Source of the DNA: Octopus vulgaris
Taxonomy: Eukaryota
Assembly (NCBI GenBank): GCA_951406725.2
Contig: OX597823.1
Span: forward strand, 79,174,001-79,238,000
Direction of reading: 5' to 3'
Length of the DNA stretch: 64,000 nt
Part shown: one piece after another, positions 1-13,875 of the stretch
Layout: each line of letters begins with the position of its first letter
Position numbering within the stretch: the stretch's first letter is position 1
Notes under the pieces: generated by a model
The model's input: only the letters and a program-made list of their open reading frames with translations
Database searches by the model: none
What the model was told of the DNA's origin: nothing
Position numbers and translations under genes: made by a program

Positions 1-238
1 TGTGTGTGTATGTTTGTGTGTCTGTGCTTGTCTCCCCAACATCGATTGACAACCGATGCTGTTGTATTTTCGTCCCCGTAACTTAGCGGTTCAGCAAAAA
101 GAGACCGATAGAATAAGTACTTGACTTACAAAGTACTAGGCTTACAAAGTCCCGGAGTCGATTTGCTCGACTAAAGGCGGCGCTCCAGGATAGCCGCAGT
201 CAATGACTAAAACAAGTAAAAGAGTAAAAAAGTAAGAG
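1..238 (+). mobile_element. SINE family A, 3' half
   Basis: Matches the 3' half of the copies at 7621 and 30579 (GTCCCCGTAACTTAGCGGTTC...GACTAAAGGCGG...GTAAAAGA tail). Confidence 0.85.
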
Positions 239-1137
239 ACGCACGCAAACACGCACGCAAACACTCACACACGCTGACACACACAGACACACTCACACAT
301 ATATATATACATAGATATATACACATACGTATATATGTATGTATGTACGTATGTATGTATGTATGAATGTATGCATGTATGTATGTATGAACGTAGACAT
401 AAACATATGTGTATATACTATTATATTCACATTTCTACCTTTTCTTTATTATCACATATCCCTCGCCGACATTGTGATTCAAATCCTAGCTTTAGAATTT
501 AAAACAAATTATAGACATTTGACTTCACTGATTAGAATTTATCCCATAATGAGATTTAGTAATTTGCCCAACAAGATAAGTGCATCTATGAATCACAAGC
601 ACATCAGTCATACATGTGTACGCCCACTCTCATACCAACATATCCTAGACCCTCACGTTTGAAAACCTCAACTCCATTCTTAAATCCATATGACTTCACC
701 ACCGACACAACCCTTACAAATCACACACACATTTCCATTATGACACTTTCATACTTTAATGATTTTGATTTTGAATTTACAGAGACTGGCACGTTTCTGA
801 CCTCGCTGTCAATACAATTCAGTTTCATTTCCTATTATTTCAAGAATTAAAATTTCCTTTACTTATTTACATATTTACATATTTCATTTACACGCATATA
901 TTCACAAATATATTGTCCGCACTCTTAAGAATTTAGTTCAAAGTTGATTTCTGAAAATAAAATTCAACTTAAATTTCTAATTGGCCACAGAATTTGCATA
1001 TCAATAAACACGCATAACACATACACACATTCATGTACTAGTTCAGTCATGCACACAAATAGACCAGATCCATTAACTGGTTTCCATAAGCATGCACACC
1101 TATATATATATATATACATACATACATACATACATAC

Positions 1138-1182
<45 letters not shown>

Positions 1183-1233
1183 CACATATATATATATGGC
1201 AGTAACTCGACTGCACAACTGATTTGATTATAG

Positions 1234-1401
1234 CACTGGTTCCCAACCTGGGGTCAGCGGACCCCTGGTAGTCCGGAAAGGCAGTAGTAGAGTCCGTGAA
1301 CTAAATTCAGAATTTCATATATAAATATATACACAAGGATAAGCATATTAAAAGGGGTCCGTTGGAAAACTTATTTTTAATAAAAGGGTTGGTGATAACT
1401 G
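1234..1401. mobile_element. hAT/Charlie-like MITE (degenerate)
   Basis: Ends CACTGGTTCCCAACCT ... GGGTTGGTGATAACTG resemble CAGTGGTTCCCAACCT-type TIRs; internal GGACCCC/GGGGTCC motifs. Confidence 0.55.
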
Positions 1402-1496
1402 GTTTATTGTGTTCAAATTTATGTGCTGCATATTAGCTCCCTCTCTAAATTAAATCGACGTAACTTGGACAGGTGTAGAATGTGCCACCAGGTATC

Positions 1497-1948
1497 AGAT
1501 GTCGAAGTGATGGAAAAACAACATGAGATGAAGTGTTTTGTTCAAGAACACCTACGCACGGCATAATTCAGGAAATGAACCTACGATCTCTCGACCGTGA
1601 CCGCAACACCCTGATCACTAGGACATGCGCCTTACTCCACTCCCCCCAACAAAACTGCGAAACTTAAACACTCAAATTTTCCGTTTCAATAAAGTCACAC
1701 ATAACCCACGTAAATTTGATCTGAAATCTCTGTGCCCTTCACATAGTTCTCGAGAAGATTCTGCGTGACAGAGTGTGACAAGGCTGGCCCTTTGAAATAC
1801 AGGTACTACTCATTTTTGCCAGCTGACTGGACTGGAGCAACGTGAAATAAAGTGTCTTGTTCAAGGACACAACGCGCCGCCGGGAATTGAACTCACGACC
1901 TTACGATCATAAGCCGAATGTCCCTAACCACTAAGCCACGCGCCTTCA
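1497..1948 (-). mobile_element. tRNA-derived SINE family C, two copies (~1497-1632 and ~1730-1948)
   Basis: Minus strand GAAGGCGCGTGGCTTAGTGGTTAGG...GAGTTCAATTCC followed by GTGTCCTTGAACAAGACACTT core. Confidence 0.78.
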
Positions 1949-2012
1949 TAGACACACACATACGCACACACACACTCATACATGTATATATACGCATATA
2001 CTTTTACATATA

Positions 2013-2302
2013 TCACGTGATCACGTGACCGACCAGACCATCAGATGTTGTTACACATCGCTGGTCACAATGCGTTCGCATTGTTTTAGCCTTCGAATGA
2101 CGCCACCCCGCTGGCTAAGCGAGCAGGCCAACAGAAGAAAGAGTGGGAGAAAGAGTGGTGGAAGAGTACAGCAGGGATCACCACCCCCTGCCGGAGCCTC
2201 GTGGAGCTTTTAGGTATTTTTGCTCAATAAACACTCACAAGGCCCGGTCTGGGAATCGAAACCGCGAGTCCGCTGCCCTAACCACTGGGCCATTGCGCCT
2301 CC
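2013..2302 (-). mobile_element. tRNA-derived SINE family D
   Basis: Minus strand head GGAGGCGCAATGGCCCAGTGGTTAGGGCAGCGG...GGTTTCGATTCCC with Pol III A and B boxes. Confidence 0.7.
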
Positions 2303-3201
2303 ACTTTACATATATACATATAAGTATATACAGATATATATTTGTATGCATAAAGGTACGTGTGCTTGTATGTATATATGCATGTATGTATGTATGCATA
2401 TGATAATGTATGTATATGTGTTGCATAACCACAGCTATAACACCTAAAATGCAAGCACAGTTTCCAGTTTCTTGATTTCGATCAACGGGATCATAATCTA
2501 TATAACTATAAAACTGGGCAAACTTTAGCATAGAATAGAACGGTTCGACTTATCTTTGCTGATCGAAAACTGTCATCACAGCGCCAAAAACAGAATAAAA
2601 ATGGAAGACAGCGTATTAAATAGCTTTGATCGTTCGGGCATTAACGTAAGCCAGATCGCATTGTTCAGAAGCCAAATTAAAACGATCCATTTGATGAAGA
2701 TTAACTTTATTACGATAACTCACCTTTTTAAACCACACTTCTGCAATGTAAAGAATTCCCCAGCTGCTATGTAAGTAATTAATTCTCTTCATGACTGTAC
2801 ACCGGCGAAAATATATATTCTGTTATCAGTATTGATTATATAAATTTCTTTAGGTAAGCAGTTATTACGGGGAAATGTAGTTATTCGCAAATAACCTTCG
2901 TCACATTTCCAACCTGGTTGCTGAATGAGATTTTGATAGAAATTAATATCTCATCTAGCAGCTAGATAATGTGTTAATAATGACCATTGATCAACTACAC
3001 TTTATGGGTCAGGTTCTTTTATTAATTTATTTACTTACTTTTACTTTGTCAGACTATTTCCATTTAGTTTGTCTCGCCAACGGAGTCAGTAATAATATCC
3101 TGTTTTGTTTGGTGGTTTCATAATGCTCTCGTCTTCTACACGTCCTCAGAAAATTCTTTCTTTACCACCATCAAAGCGTGTGTGAGAGAGCGTAGTGTGT
3201 T

Positions 3202-3239
<38 letters not shown>

Positions 3240-3584
3240 TGTGCTTGTGAGAGTGTGGTTGCGAGAGAGGTGCGTGCATATGTGTGCATAATACAAACGT
3301 GAGTATCTGGACTACATACACACATGCATATAAACATTACAAACCCATAACTACCTACACACACACACACACACACACATACACACACATATAAATGTAC
3401 CTATATACACCTATGCATATACACATACACACATACACATACACACATACACATGTAAAAGTCTATAAGCACATACATATAAACACACATGAATGTATAT
3501 ATATTAATATATATATAGAAATGAATATATAGAATTGTCAATTCAAATTTAATAATATAATATATTTTTATTATAATATAATGA

Positions 3585-4157
3585 ATATTCTTTTCTACTC
3601 TAAGCACAAGGCCCGAGATTTTGGGAGAGAGGGCCAGTTGATTAGATCGACTCCAGTACGCAACAGGGACTTAATTTACGATACCGAAAGAATGAAAGGC
3701 AAAGTGGATTTCGGCGGAATTTGAACTCAGAACGTAGCGGCAGACGAAATACCTTTTTTTTTTTACTACCCATAAGAGGCTACACACAGAGGGGACAAAC
3801 AAGGACAGAAAAACGGATTAAGCCGATTACATCCACCCCAGTGCGTAACTGGTACTTATTTAAGCGACCCCGAAAGGATGAAAGACAAAATTGACCTCGG
3901 TGGAATTTGAACTCAGAACGTAGTGGCAGACGAAATACCTATTTCTTTACTACCCACAAGGGGCTAAACACAGAGAGGAAAAACGGATTAAGTCGATTAC
4001 ATCGAACCTGGTGCGTAACTGGTACTCAATTTATCGACCCCGAAAGGATGAAAGGCAAAGTCGACCTCGGTGGAATTTGAACTCAGAACGGAACTGCAGA
4101 CGAAATGCCACTGAGCATTTCGCCCGGCGTGCTAACGTTTCTGCCAGCTCACCGCCA
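3585..4157 (-). mobile_element. SINE family B (tRNA head, Meta-like central domain), trimeric composite
   Basis: Three repeats of CCGAAAGGATGAAAGGCAAAGTCGACCTCGGCGGAATTTGAACTCAGAACG; one complete head GGCGGTGAGCTGGCAGAA. Confidence 0.88.
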
Positions 4158-4425
4158 TAATAAATGATAAATATTTAATACAAATTACACACAATTGTTT
4201 CCATTCCTACCCATAATAGAATTATAAAAATTCATTGTTTGTGGGTAAGAATCTCTTCAGTGTAATTTTTGTATATGAGGATTCACAGATCCAAGAAAAG
4301 ACTGAATTCAGTCTCTTTTATAAGTTTCATATATACCCATGTGATTTGTAAGGTTTTTCTCTACAAACTTCGGTATTAAACAGTAGAGTCAATGAAAGAT
4401 TGGATGTTTTCATCCCTATTGTCCT

Positions 4426-4602
<177 letters not shown>

Positions 4603-5091
4603 TTGCATATCCAGTTTAATTTGGATATGTTGTTTTGAATTACATAGGCTGCAGTAATCGTTCTGAGAAATAATCCCACCTCATATAGATGTTAAGTGCT
4701 AAAAGAGAACTCATCGTATCAGCAGACGAGATTTTCTCAGAAGCTGCGGACGGGATCGTTGTTCACGGAAAAATTTGCTCTTCGTCAGCTACATGTACCC
4801 TGCCACCGAATGTCAGATCGAAAATCACCCAAACCGATAGAGTTTAACACATTAAACTGATGTACTTTAACAATGATGTCTCAAAAAGATGGCTGGATGT
4901 GTATATATTAGCTATTTACAACGGAGGCAACTTTTGTAACGAATATCAATTTGAAGTTCCAACTTAACTTGGATGTAGGGAAAAATCCTCAAATGGAATA
5001 TATGCCCTTGATTTAATTTTATAACAACGGCGTGATTTGAACTCAGAATGTAAACAGACACAGCAATTACTAAATGTATTATGTATATATA

Positions 5092-5129
<38 letters not shown>

Positions 5130-5175
5130 TTAGAATATATAGAATATATAGAGAGAGGTAGATAGGCAGACAGAC

Positions 5176-5237
<62 letters not shown>

Positions 5238-5243
5238 TTAGGC

Positions 5244-5293
<50 letters not shown>

Positions 5294-5310
5294 GTAGGTA
5301 GGTAGGTAGG

Positions 5311-5348
<38 letters not shown>

Positions 5349-5412
5349 TACATGTGCGAGTGCATATGTATGTCAGACAAAATCTATCTGTATCCCTCTA
5401 TTTGTCTCACAG

Positions 5413-5445
<33 letters not shown>

Positions 5446-5987
5446 TCCCTCCCTCCCCCCTCTCTCTCTCAAAGAATGTAAGGCTAGAAATAAACCGTGA
5501 CTGTCTGAGGTGAACAAGAAGCGATTGTCTTGGGCAAAAGAACATGAAGATTGGACTTGAACTGATGAATGATCGGGCTTAGAGCTGTTTGATCCGGTGA
5601 AAATAACTTTGAGGTAGGTTCTCCATATTAGTTTCCATTAATTTATTAAGCATAATTGAATTTATTATCTTTCCATTCTGCTTAATACCTTCTCTAATTC
5701 ACTGTGGCTCGGTTCAACAGTATTAGCCATGTACATGTAGATGTAATTTAATATCATCGACCAGAATTCGAAACCAGAGCTTAAATTATACTTGCTAGGA
5801 ATATCTATTATGCTATATCTTTTTAGCTTGCAATGTAGAAACAATGATAAGTGGATTAATCGATTAGTCTGACATTCCTCAAAAGAGTAAAGACCTTTGA
5901 CAAGTTTATGCCAGAGCAAATGAACTGCGAGGAAATAATTATTAAGCTATTGATTTATACAATGTCATTCATACTTATACGCACACA

Positions 5988-6075
<88 letters not shown>

Positions 6076-7620
6076 AACATAAAAACAAAAATAACGTTGA
6101 TCACCAAGATAATTATCACAAGCATATTGATCCGTGATATATGTATTCGTTGTTAATGATAATTCCAATCAATATATTAAAATATGTCGTTGTTAACTAA
6201 TACGATTTTAATCTACAACATCGATCTTAATGACCGGAATGATATATTTTGATGAAGAGAAGGTCAATCTTATCTAGAGGGATATGGCCTCTTTAAATTA
6301 CAGCCAGTACAATGATGTTTTCGAAAGTGCTGTAACATCTTGGTAAAATCTATGCCTCGGCAGTGCTCGATTGAATACATCTTTGGAATGGAGCACATTG
6401 AATAACTAGCATATAGAATGAATGGGGAATCTTAAATACTAATTTTGAAGCTGTACTTGCTTATCAAAAGACTTGATTGTGTTTTGAAACTGAAAGAATT
6501 ACATTATGGAAAGTTCATCTGAGCCATGGCATTTAAAATACGCGCATACTGTTATATCTACTTTCGTTGTGTTTGGACTTGTGTCAGTGACCGTCCACGA
6601 TGACATTAATTGGCGCTTTATTATTTTGAGTAACAACAAGATATAAAATAAAAATGGATAAAATGGTATATGTATGCATTAAATGTCTATCGTACCTCTT
6701 TCCACTATGCAGTTACTTAAATATTAAAGTGCATTCAGAAGGTGTAGTGCATTAGTCCAAAGGCATCGAGATAATACTGGGAGCCATTCAAAAGAGTGTA
6801 TACATAATAATGCATTGAAGAAAACACTTCAATATCTTGAAGTTGTCAGGTTACTGCGTTTTATCTGGCTATTATTCTATAAAACTGTTTGCAGCGGTAT
6901 CAATAACTTTAACATCACACAAAGACGATTTCACTGATAGTTTCCTATAGATTATCAGAAAGCAACAAATGCCTGTAATTTCTCTTGAATTCTCCTCTCT
7001 ATAGACAGATAATGACCAACCCTTATTGTATGGTCGGTGAATACGAACCATTATTTCTGCAGGTATTGCACGTCTCGAGACCAATATCGTTATAAACAAA
7101 ATTTTGAATATAAGAGAGTAATCAATAAAATGCATTTCGAGAAACATAAATTATAATTGAATCATTCATTGATCCCTCGTGATTTTACAATATAATAAAC
7201 TTTGCAGGAGCTTTCGGTATCGGAAACATGACTCAAAGAATAACTGAGTATCGGTTTTGATTTTCCTTCAGGAGCACTATCATCTCTTTCAAAATGATGA
7301 ATTGATAAAGTCAGATCAAAGTGTTCTGCTCAGAAATACAACAAAGCACTTTCAGCATATATGAAGGCAACATCGCCATCATGATTTCATACACACAGAA
7401 TATAGAATACACATAAGCAGATTCTTGATAATTTTTTACTGAAATATGAAATTTTGCTGGTCATGCATTCTCTAAGATTATGACTGGCAAAAGTTAATCA
7501 AAGTAAATTATTGTCGCAATTTCTGAAAAATAGTTACGTTGAATAAAAGTTCCCAACAGTTCGCTCAGTGTCAAATATTTTGTCTCCAAACTACCAGCTT
7601 TTCGCAGATGTTTGCCATAT

Positions 7621-8036
7621 AGGCGTAAGAGTGGCTGTGTGGTAAGTAGTTGGCTTACGAACTGCAGGGTTCTGGGTTCATTCTCAGTGCGTGGCACTTT
7701 GGGCAAGTGTAATCAACTATAACCGCGGGCCAACCAAAGCCTTGTGAGTGAATTTGATAGACGGAAACTGAAAGAAGCTCGTCGTTTATATATATATATG
7801 TGGGGGTGTATGTGCGTGTGTATATGTTTGTGTGTCTGTGTTTGTCCCCCCAACATCTCTTGACAACCGATGCTAGTGTGTTTGCTTCCCCGTAACTTAG
7901 CGGTTCGGCAAAAGAAACCGATAGAATAAGTACTAGGCTTACAAACAATAAGTCCCGGGGTCGATGTGCTCGACTAAAGGCGGTGCTCCATCATGGCCAC
8001 AGTCAAATAACTAAAACAAGTAAAAGAGTAAAAGAA
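7621..8036 (+). mobile_element. tRNA-derived SINE family A, full length
   Basis: A box TGGCTGTGTGG, B box GGTTCATTCT, TTGGGCAAGTG core, internal TA/TG microsatellite, GTAAAAGA tail; more than 10 related copies in the window. Confidence 0.88.
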
Positions 8037-8084
8037 TACTCTTCACGTCTGCTTAACACGCCAGAACCTCTCCTCATTTCTCAA

Positions 8085-8206
8085 CCACATGGTTCCGGGT
8101 TCAATTCCACTGTTTAACACGTTGGGCAAGTGTCTTCTACTATAACTTCACGCCGACCAAAGCCTTGTAAGTGGTTTTGGTAGACGGGAACTGAAAGAAG
8201 CCCTTC

Positions 8207-8280
<74 letters not shown>

Positions 8281-8287
8281 ATATATA

Positions 8288-8323
<36 letters not shown>

Positions 8324-8569
8324 TGTATGTATGTATGTATGTATGTATGTATGTATTTGTGTCTCTGTGTTTGTCTCCCACCGTCGCTTGACAGCAGATG
8401 TTGGCGTGTTTACGTCCCCGTAAGATAGCGGTTCGGTAAAAGAGACTGATAGAATAGGAACGAGGCTTACAAAGAAAAAGAACCGGGTTGATTTGTTCGA
8501 CTAAACGCAGTGCTCCAACATGGCTGCTGTCAAATGACTGAAACAGTTAAAAGAAATGAAAGAAAAAAG

Positions 8570-8570
<1 letters not shown>
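8085..8570 (+). mobile_element. SINE family A
   Basis: Colinear with the 7621 copy; expanded internal microsatellite. Confidence 0.85.
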
Positions 8571-8604
<34 letters not shown>

Positions 8605-8674
8605 GTGACCGCGTATGTACCGTTGGCGATTTTTTTCCTCCGTCTCCCCTTCTCTGGATCTTTCCTTTTCCTAT

Positions 8675-8709
8675 GTTTCTGACGAAGAGCTCCGCTCGAA
8701 ACGTAAAAC
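8675..8709 (+). ncRNA. Minimal type I hammerhead ribozyme inside a ~180-bp (TA)n-flanked insert (8602-8783)
   Basis: GUUU-CUGACGA-A-GAGC-ucc-GCUC-GAAAC-GUA-AAAC; canonical core, palindromic ACGU stem III as in dimer-forming minimal PLE hammerheads. Confidence 0.72.
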
Positions 8710-8780
8710 CCTCCTTTCCTTCTTGAGCGTCCAATAATACTATATTTGTTCCACGTCCTCGCGTTGTTGTGTTTTCTCTT

Positions 8781-8813
<33 letters not shown>

Positions 8814-8816
<3 letters not shown>

Positions 8817-8976
8817 TAAAATACAGTGTACATTATAACACATTAAGACGCTTCCATCATAAGAATCCATTACGCTAGAAAGAACAGTTGAAGTCCAAAG
8901 CACTATTCTTTCTAGCGTAATGGATTCCTATTATGGAAGCCTCTTTATATGTTTTAATGTACACTGTATTTTATAT
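8814..8976. repeat. Imperfect fold-back (~70-bp arms) next to (TA)n
   Basis: ATAAAATACAGTGTACATTA...GAATCCATTACGCTAGAAAGAA is mirrored by TTCTTTCTAGCGTAATGGATTC...TAATGTACACTGTATTTTAT. Confidence 0.88.
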
Positions 8977-9819
8977 GAACATATATATATAATCTATTGA
9001 CTAACTGTTTTTTTTACGCTAGGCTACTGGTAGTAGAAATTTCTAATTTTTTTTTTACCCTGATATTATTAACTATATATGTATATATATATAAACATAT
9101 ACACTCTTTTACTCTTTTAGAGGAATTTTTCAGCACCCCCTCGTACATGTTAATGTCAGTGTTTATTTTAGTGACTTACATTATTACTGAAATGTTTGCT
9201 AATTCTTTCGTGAAATGTCTTCCTGTTGCTGCGTAAAGAATCTACTTTTTATTCAAAAAGCCAAATTCACTTAATCGAGTATGTCGTTAGCTCGACAAAT
9301 AAAAACGCCAATATTTGATCATTCGATCTGTTGGAACATCCTTCTCATCACACCATATCTCTTAAAGAAATAGAACGACATATTAGATAAGGCAGTCTGA
9401 GTTGTACGGGGTCAGATTAGTCGGAGACGGTTGGAACGTATTTGGTCAAAGGTTAGCTTAATCAGAGATGACAACGAGGACAACAGCAAATGGATAGGTG
9501 AGAAGAATTAATAGATGTTTTAGCTAGATCTCATGTATCCAAGTAACCAGTTTACAATTAGGTTAAAGAGCTAATAGAAGACTTAGATGTTACATTGATT
9601 CCAGACGACGAATGAAAAGAGATTTTGTTATCGCAAAACATGCTGCTTTCTCGATTGCACTTGTGGCATTCTATTCCATCATTTATATTTTTTAGACAGT
9701 GTATTGGATAAATTTACCCAATATAACATTAATTTATCCTTTTTATTTTCGGGATGTAAGCTAGGAAGTGTGTTGTATTCTCTATTAAGTTAAGCGTATA
9801 ATCAATAAATTCGTTCGCA

Positions 9820-10045
<226 letters not shown>

Positions 10046-10526
10046 GAGTGAGAGAGCAGTTCATGCCATCAAAGTGACACTGGGGTAAAATATACGAAGC
10101 CCAGTATACCCATCATGACTACCCGTCTGATAAGGGCACACCAGGCACATGCATCACAACCAAATGTGCGCAACACAGTGATCTCATATCAAGATAAACA
10201 GCACATGACCTTGCAGGTGGGGCCCAGTTAGAATTTTCTTCAGGTTGAGTAGCCCATCCCGCTCAAACGGTCCCTGAATAAGGGTTGTTTAAGGATGTTG
10301 AAAAAACCACCCATGTTTCCAGAGGTGAATTATTCAAACCACAACGAATCCCTCTCAACACATGGCTATGATGCTCCCCCACTACTTCTGCTCGTGATCA
10401 GAGATGCACATATCGTCAGCCACTAAGGGACATGCTCAACTGGTTAAGGTCAAACAACTGACAAGCAAATCTGTGGTATTGAGCAGAATATTTGCTGTAG
10501 CCCATCTTTTATACCAAGACAAGACA
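10046..10526 (-). mobile_element. Non-coding ~480-bp insert within an (ATT/TAA)n tract; possibly the 3' end of a TAA-targeting R4/Dong-like retroelement
   Basis: Complex, higher-GC sequence flanked on both sides by pure (ATT)n. Family and strand assignment are inference. Confidence 0.45.
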
Positions 10527-10571
<45 letters not shown>

Positions 10572-10921
10572 TGTTGTTGTTGATCACAGAGGAATGGAAA
10601 TTTATATCGTTTTCCTCGGTCGAGCGGAGAGGAATGAGTGGCGAAATTGAAAGTGCGAGGTTGTAACGCAGAGAAAAAAGAAAGAAAATTGGCCCTGAAC
10701 TTTTACATTGAAAGGTATTTTGTTGCATGCATAAATATTTCTAGCAATCTCCTTGCTCTTAATAAAACGATCATTTTTCTCTCAAAAAGTCATCTGACAT
10801 TCGCACCTACACGCTAGTACACATATACTCATGCACACGCACAAACCACACACACACTCGAACCATACACACACATGAACCACACACACACACATATGTA
10901 TATATATATATATATATATAC

Positions 10922-11299
10922 TATTTTTACTTGTTTCAGTCATTTGACTACGGCCATGCTGGAGCACCGCCTCTAGTCGAGCAAATCTTTGTAAGCCCAG
11001 TACTTATTTTATCGGTCTCTTTGCCGAACCGTTAAGTGACGGGGACGTAAACATACAAGCATCGGTTGTCAAGCAATGCTAGCGGGACAAACACAGACAC
11101 ACAAACACATACACACACATACATATATATATACATATATACGACAGGCTTCTTTCAGTTTCCGTCTACCAAATCCACTCACAAGGCATTGGTCGGCCCG
11201 GGGCTATAGCAGAAGACACTTGCCCAAGATGCCACGCAGTGGGACTGAACCCAGAACCATGTGGTTGTTTAGCAAGCTACTTACCACACAGCCACTCCA
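10922..11299 (-). mobile_element. SINE family A
   Basis: Reverse complement of the family A sequence. Confidence 0.88.
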
Positions 11300-11315
11300 T
11301 GTGAAGAAGAAACTA

Positions 11316-11897
11316 TTGGGTTGTCCGGAAAGTTCGTGCCGATTTTTAAAGGAAAGAAAAAGGTCAATAAATACTTGCCATTACATTTTTAATCAACCAA
11401 ATATGAACCATTTTGTTGCACAATGCGTCTCTATCTTTCCTTTAACTTGAAAATACCCTCTTCTCAGAATTAAGGTGGTTTCATGGCAAAGAATTCACCA
11501 AGGTATCTTTTTACATCATCCAATTGAAATTTTTACCATTAAGACTATTCCGCAGAGACCTGGATAAGTGGAAATCTGAAGGAGCAATATCTGGTGAATA
11601 TGGAAAGTAGGGTAACATATCCTAGCCGAGCTGCAGCAATTTTTGTCTGGTTCTCAAATCATCAAGTGCCGAAAAGGAACTTTCTTATCTTCTATTTTAA
11701 AGGGTTAGCACAGGTTATAGGAACATAAAGAGTTAACACAGGTTATAGGAACATACGGCCTCTTCCACGGAAAGATGGCTGAAGCTGTGCTCTAAATGGA
11801 GGTGTAGTCAAATCCTATTTTATGGATTCAAACATGTTCTAAAATAAGTTGAAAAGCAAGCTACTATAAATCAGCACGAACTTCCCGGACAACCCAA
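11316..11897 (-). mobile_element. Internally deleted mariner element (non-autonomous)
   Basis: TIRs TTGGGTTGTCCGGAAAGTTCGTGCCGATTT / AAATCAGCACGAACTTCCCGGACAACCCAA, TA on both sides; decayed PYSPDIAPSDF motif on minus strand. Confidence 0.9.
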
Positions 11898-12249
11898 TAT
11901 ATTCAAGAAAAAACTATAACGTATAAAAAAGAGCGTTAGTAAACTACAAGGTGAAAGAAGCCGTTGAACTAAATAATGCTAAATATAACTCTGGATATGT
12001 CTTGTATCGTGTGTGCACCGTGTGTGAGCGTGAGTTTATAATTAGATTTGTTGTAATTGTTCTAATGAAAATATTTATGCCATACACACAAGGAATATCC
12101 AAACGAAATAAGAACTGAGAAAGGAATGGTGATCACAATTTGGACACAAGCACTTTGTGTTGACACAATATTTTCGTGTCTCATGATAAAATTCCTTTTT
12201 ATTTCTTTTTGTATAAATGTTTCTTATATAAATTATCACTCCGTCAATT

Positions 12250-12368
12250 GGGGTACTGAAAAGTTCCTGGCTTTGGGTAAAACAAAATACAGGAGGAATA
12301 GTTTATTATGATCGTATTCAAAGTAATCCCCTCTCTGATTCAGACACCTATTGCAGCGGTTCTTCAGT
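12250..12368 (-). mobile_element. Mariner 3' end fragment (different family)
   Basis: Minus strand reads LKNRCNRCLNQRGDYFEY, resembling the mariner C-terminal RWxKCxxxxGDYxE motif, next to a TIR-like GGGTACTGAAAAGTTCC. Confidence 0.55.
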
Positions 12369-13112
12369 AAAAGTACTTGGAAGGTTGAGCCTCCAAGCAG
12401 GTTTTCGCGACACCATAAAAACCAAGATCTTTTCAGCGCCCCATCATATTACGCCTTTCACCTCTCCTCTCGCTTTCTATATTTTCCACGTCTGGTCCTT
12501 CATGTATATATATGCTTGTGTAAGCTTCTTTCAACATGCTACTTTGCATTTTTTTCTGCTTCCCTAACAGCATTTTCACCTAATAATACGAAAATTAATA
12601 TTTTAATTATCATTAATTTCGTCGTTTCGATCATTTCACCCCAGACATCCAATGTAACAGGATTTTGAGCCATGGTGAATATTACATCAACTCTCAACAA
12701 TGAATTTTTTTCATCATGAATGGGAAAATGGCGAACTCGGCATGAGTGAGATTTGAACTCAGAGAGTAAAGAAGCAAACACATTCCACAATATATTGTTC
12801 CTACATATTGAGTCAGACATTCATTGAATATTACACACACACACACACACACATACCCACACACACGCACACACATACCCACACACACACACACGCTCAT
12901 ATAGATAGATAAAGACAGACAGATAGATATACATATGTGTATATATATAAATATATATAAATATGCATATATATGCATATATTTTTTAGGGTAAAATACA
13001 TACATATATACACACATACACACACACACACACTATACTATTTATGCATAATTATACATTTATAACTTTCTTCCATGCTTTCTTTCATGCATATATATAT
13101 GTATATATATAT

Positions 13113-13145
<33 letters not shown>

Positions 13146-13669
13146 AGTATATAGACATACACACACTCGTACACTCATACATACATTTAGAGAGAGGGAG
13201 AGAGAGATAAAGAAAGAGAGTTATACATTTGACTTGGGCGCGTTTTGAAGTGATTAATATAATGATATTTGTATAGAGAACAGATGTCTGGTATAATTTG
13301 CAAGCATCGCCTTGGTAGCTTAACTTTGTAGTTATCATATTTGAGAATAATTATCAACATATGACAGACGTACAAAGTAAAACATTAAATGCATTAAGCT
13401 TGTAATTATTTGCAAGCTTTTTGAACTTTTAATTTTAGAGAATTCTTCGCTTTATTTGAGAAGTAAATAAAAAATATGGATATATTGACAGCAGAGGAAT
13501 TTGAGCATCGATATGAATTCGATAGTTTGCGCACGAAAACACCTCGTGTAAATCACTCATCATAAATGTGTAACTCATTATAGAAGTTAAGCTAAAACAC
13601 AGGTATAGATTAAGATAATCCATATAAAGTGGTAAGAATTCAGCAGAGCGGAAGTAAAGTCTAATATCG

Positions 13670-13875
13670 TTTGTTTTTTGGCACAAAGTCAGCAATTTCG
13701 GAAGTGGGGGGTGGGGTCGAGTCAATCATATAGATTGCTACTTATTTTATTGACCCCGAGAGAAAGAAAGGCAAAGTTTACCTTGGTGACATTTAAGCTC
13801 AGAGCTTTAAGACGGACGAAATGTTGCTGACCATTTTGCACGGGGAGCCAAGAATTCTGCCATCAGGCAGCCCTT
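13670..13875 (-). mobile_element. SINE family B, degenerate
   Basis: GACCCCGAG..GAAAGGCAAAGTT..CTCAGAG..GACGAAATG blocks. Confidence 0.65.

Noticed and set aside
1880-2302. tRNA genes
   Set aside because: The A/B-box regions run on into SINE bodies and do not form complete cloverleaves.
3585-4157. Regularly spaced repeats suggestive of a CRISPR array
   Set aside because: Units are ~180-bp SINE segments, the spacers are not unique, there are no cas genes, and the context is eukaryotic.
4715-4795. Minus-strand CTGACGAAGAGC resembling the 8.7-kb hammerhead
   Set aside because: Stems I and III do not pair convincingly, and it is not TA-flanked.
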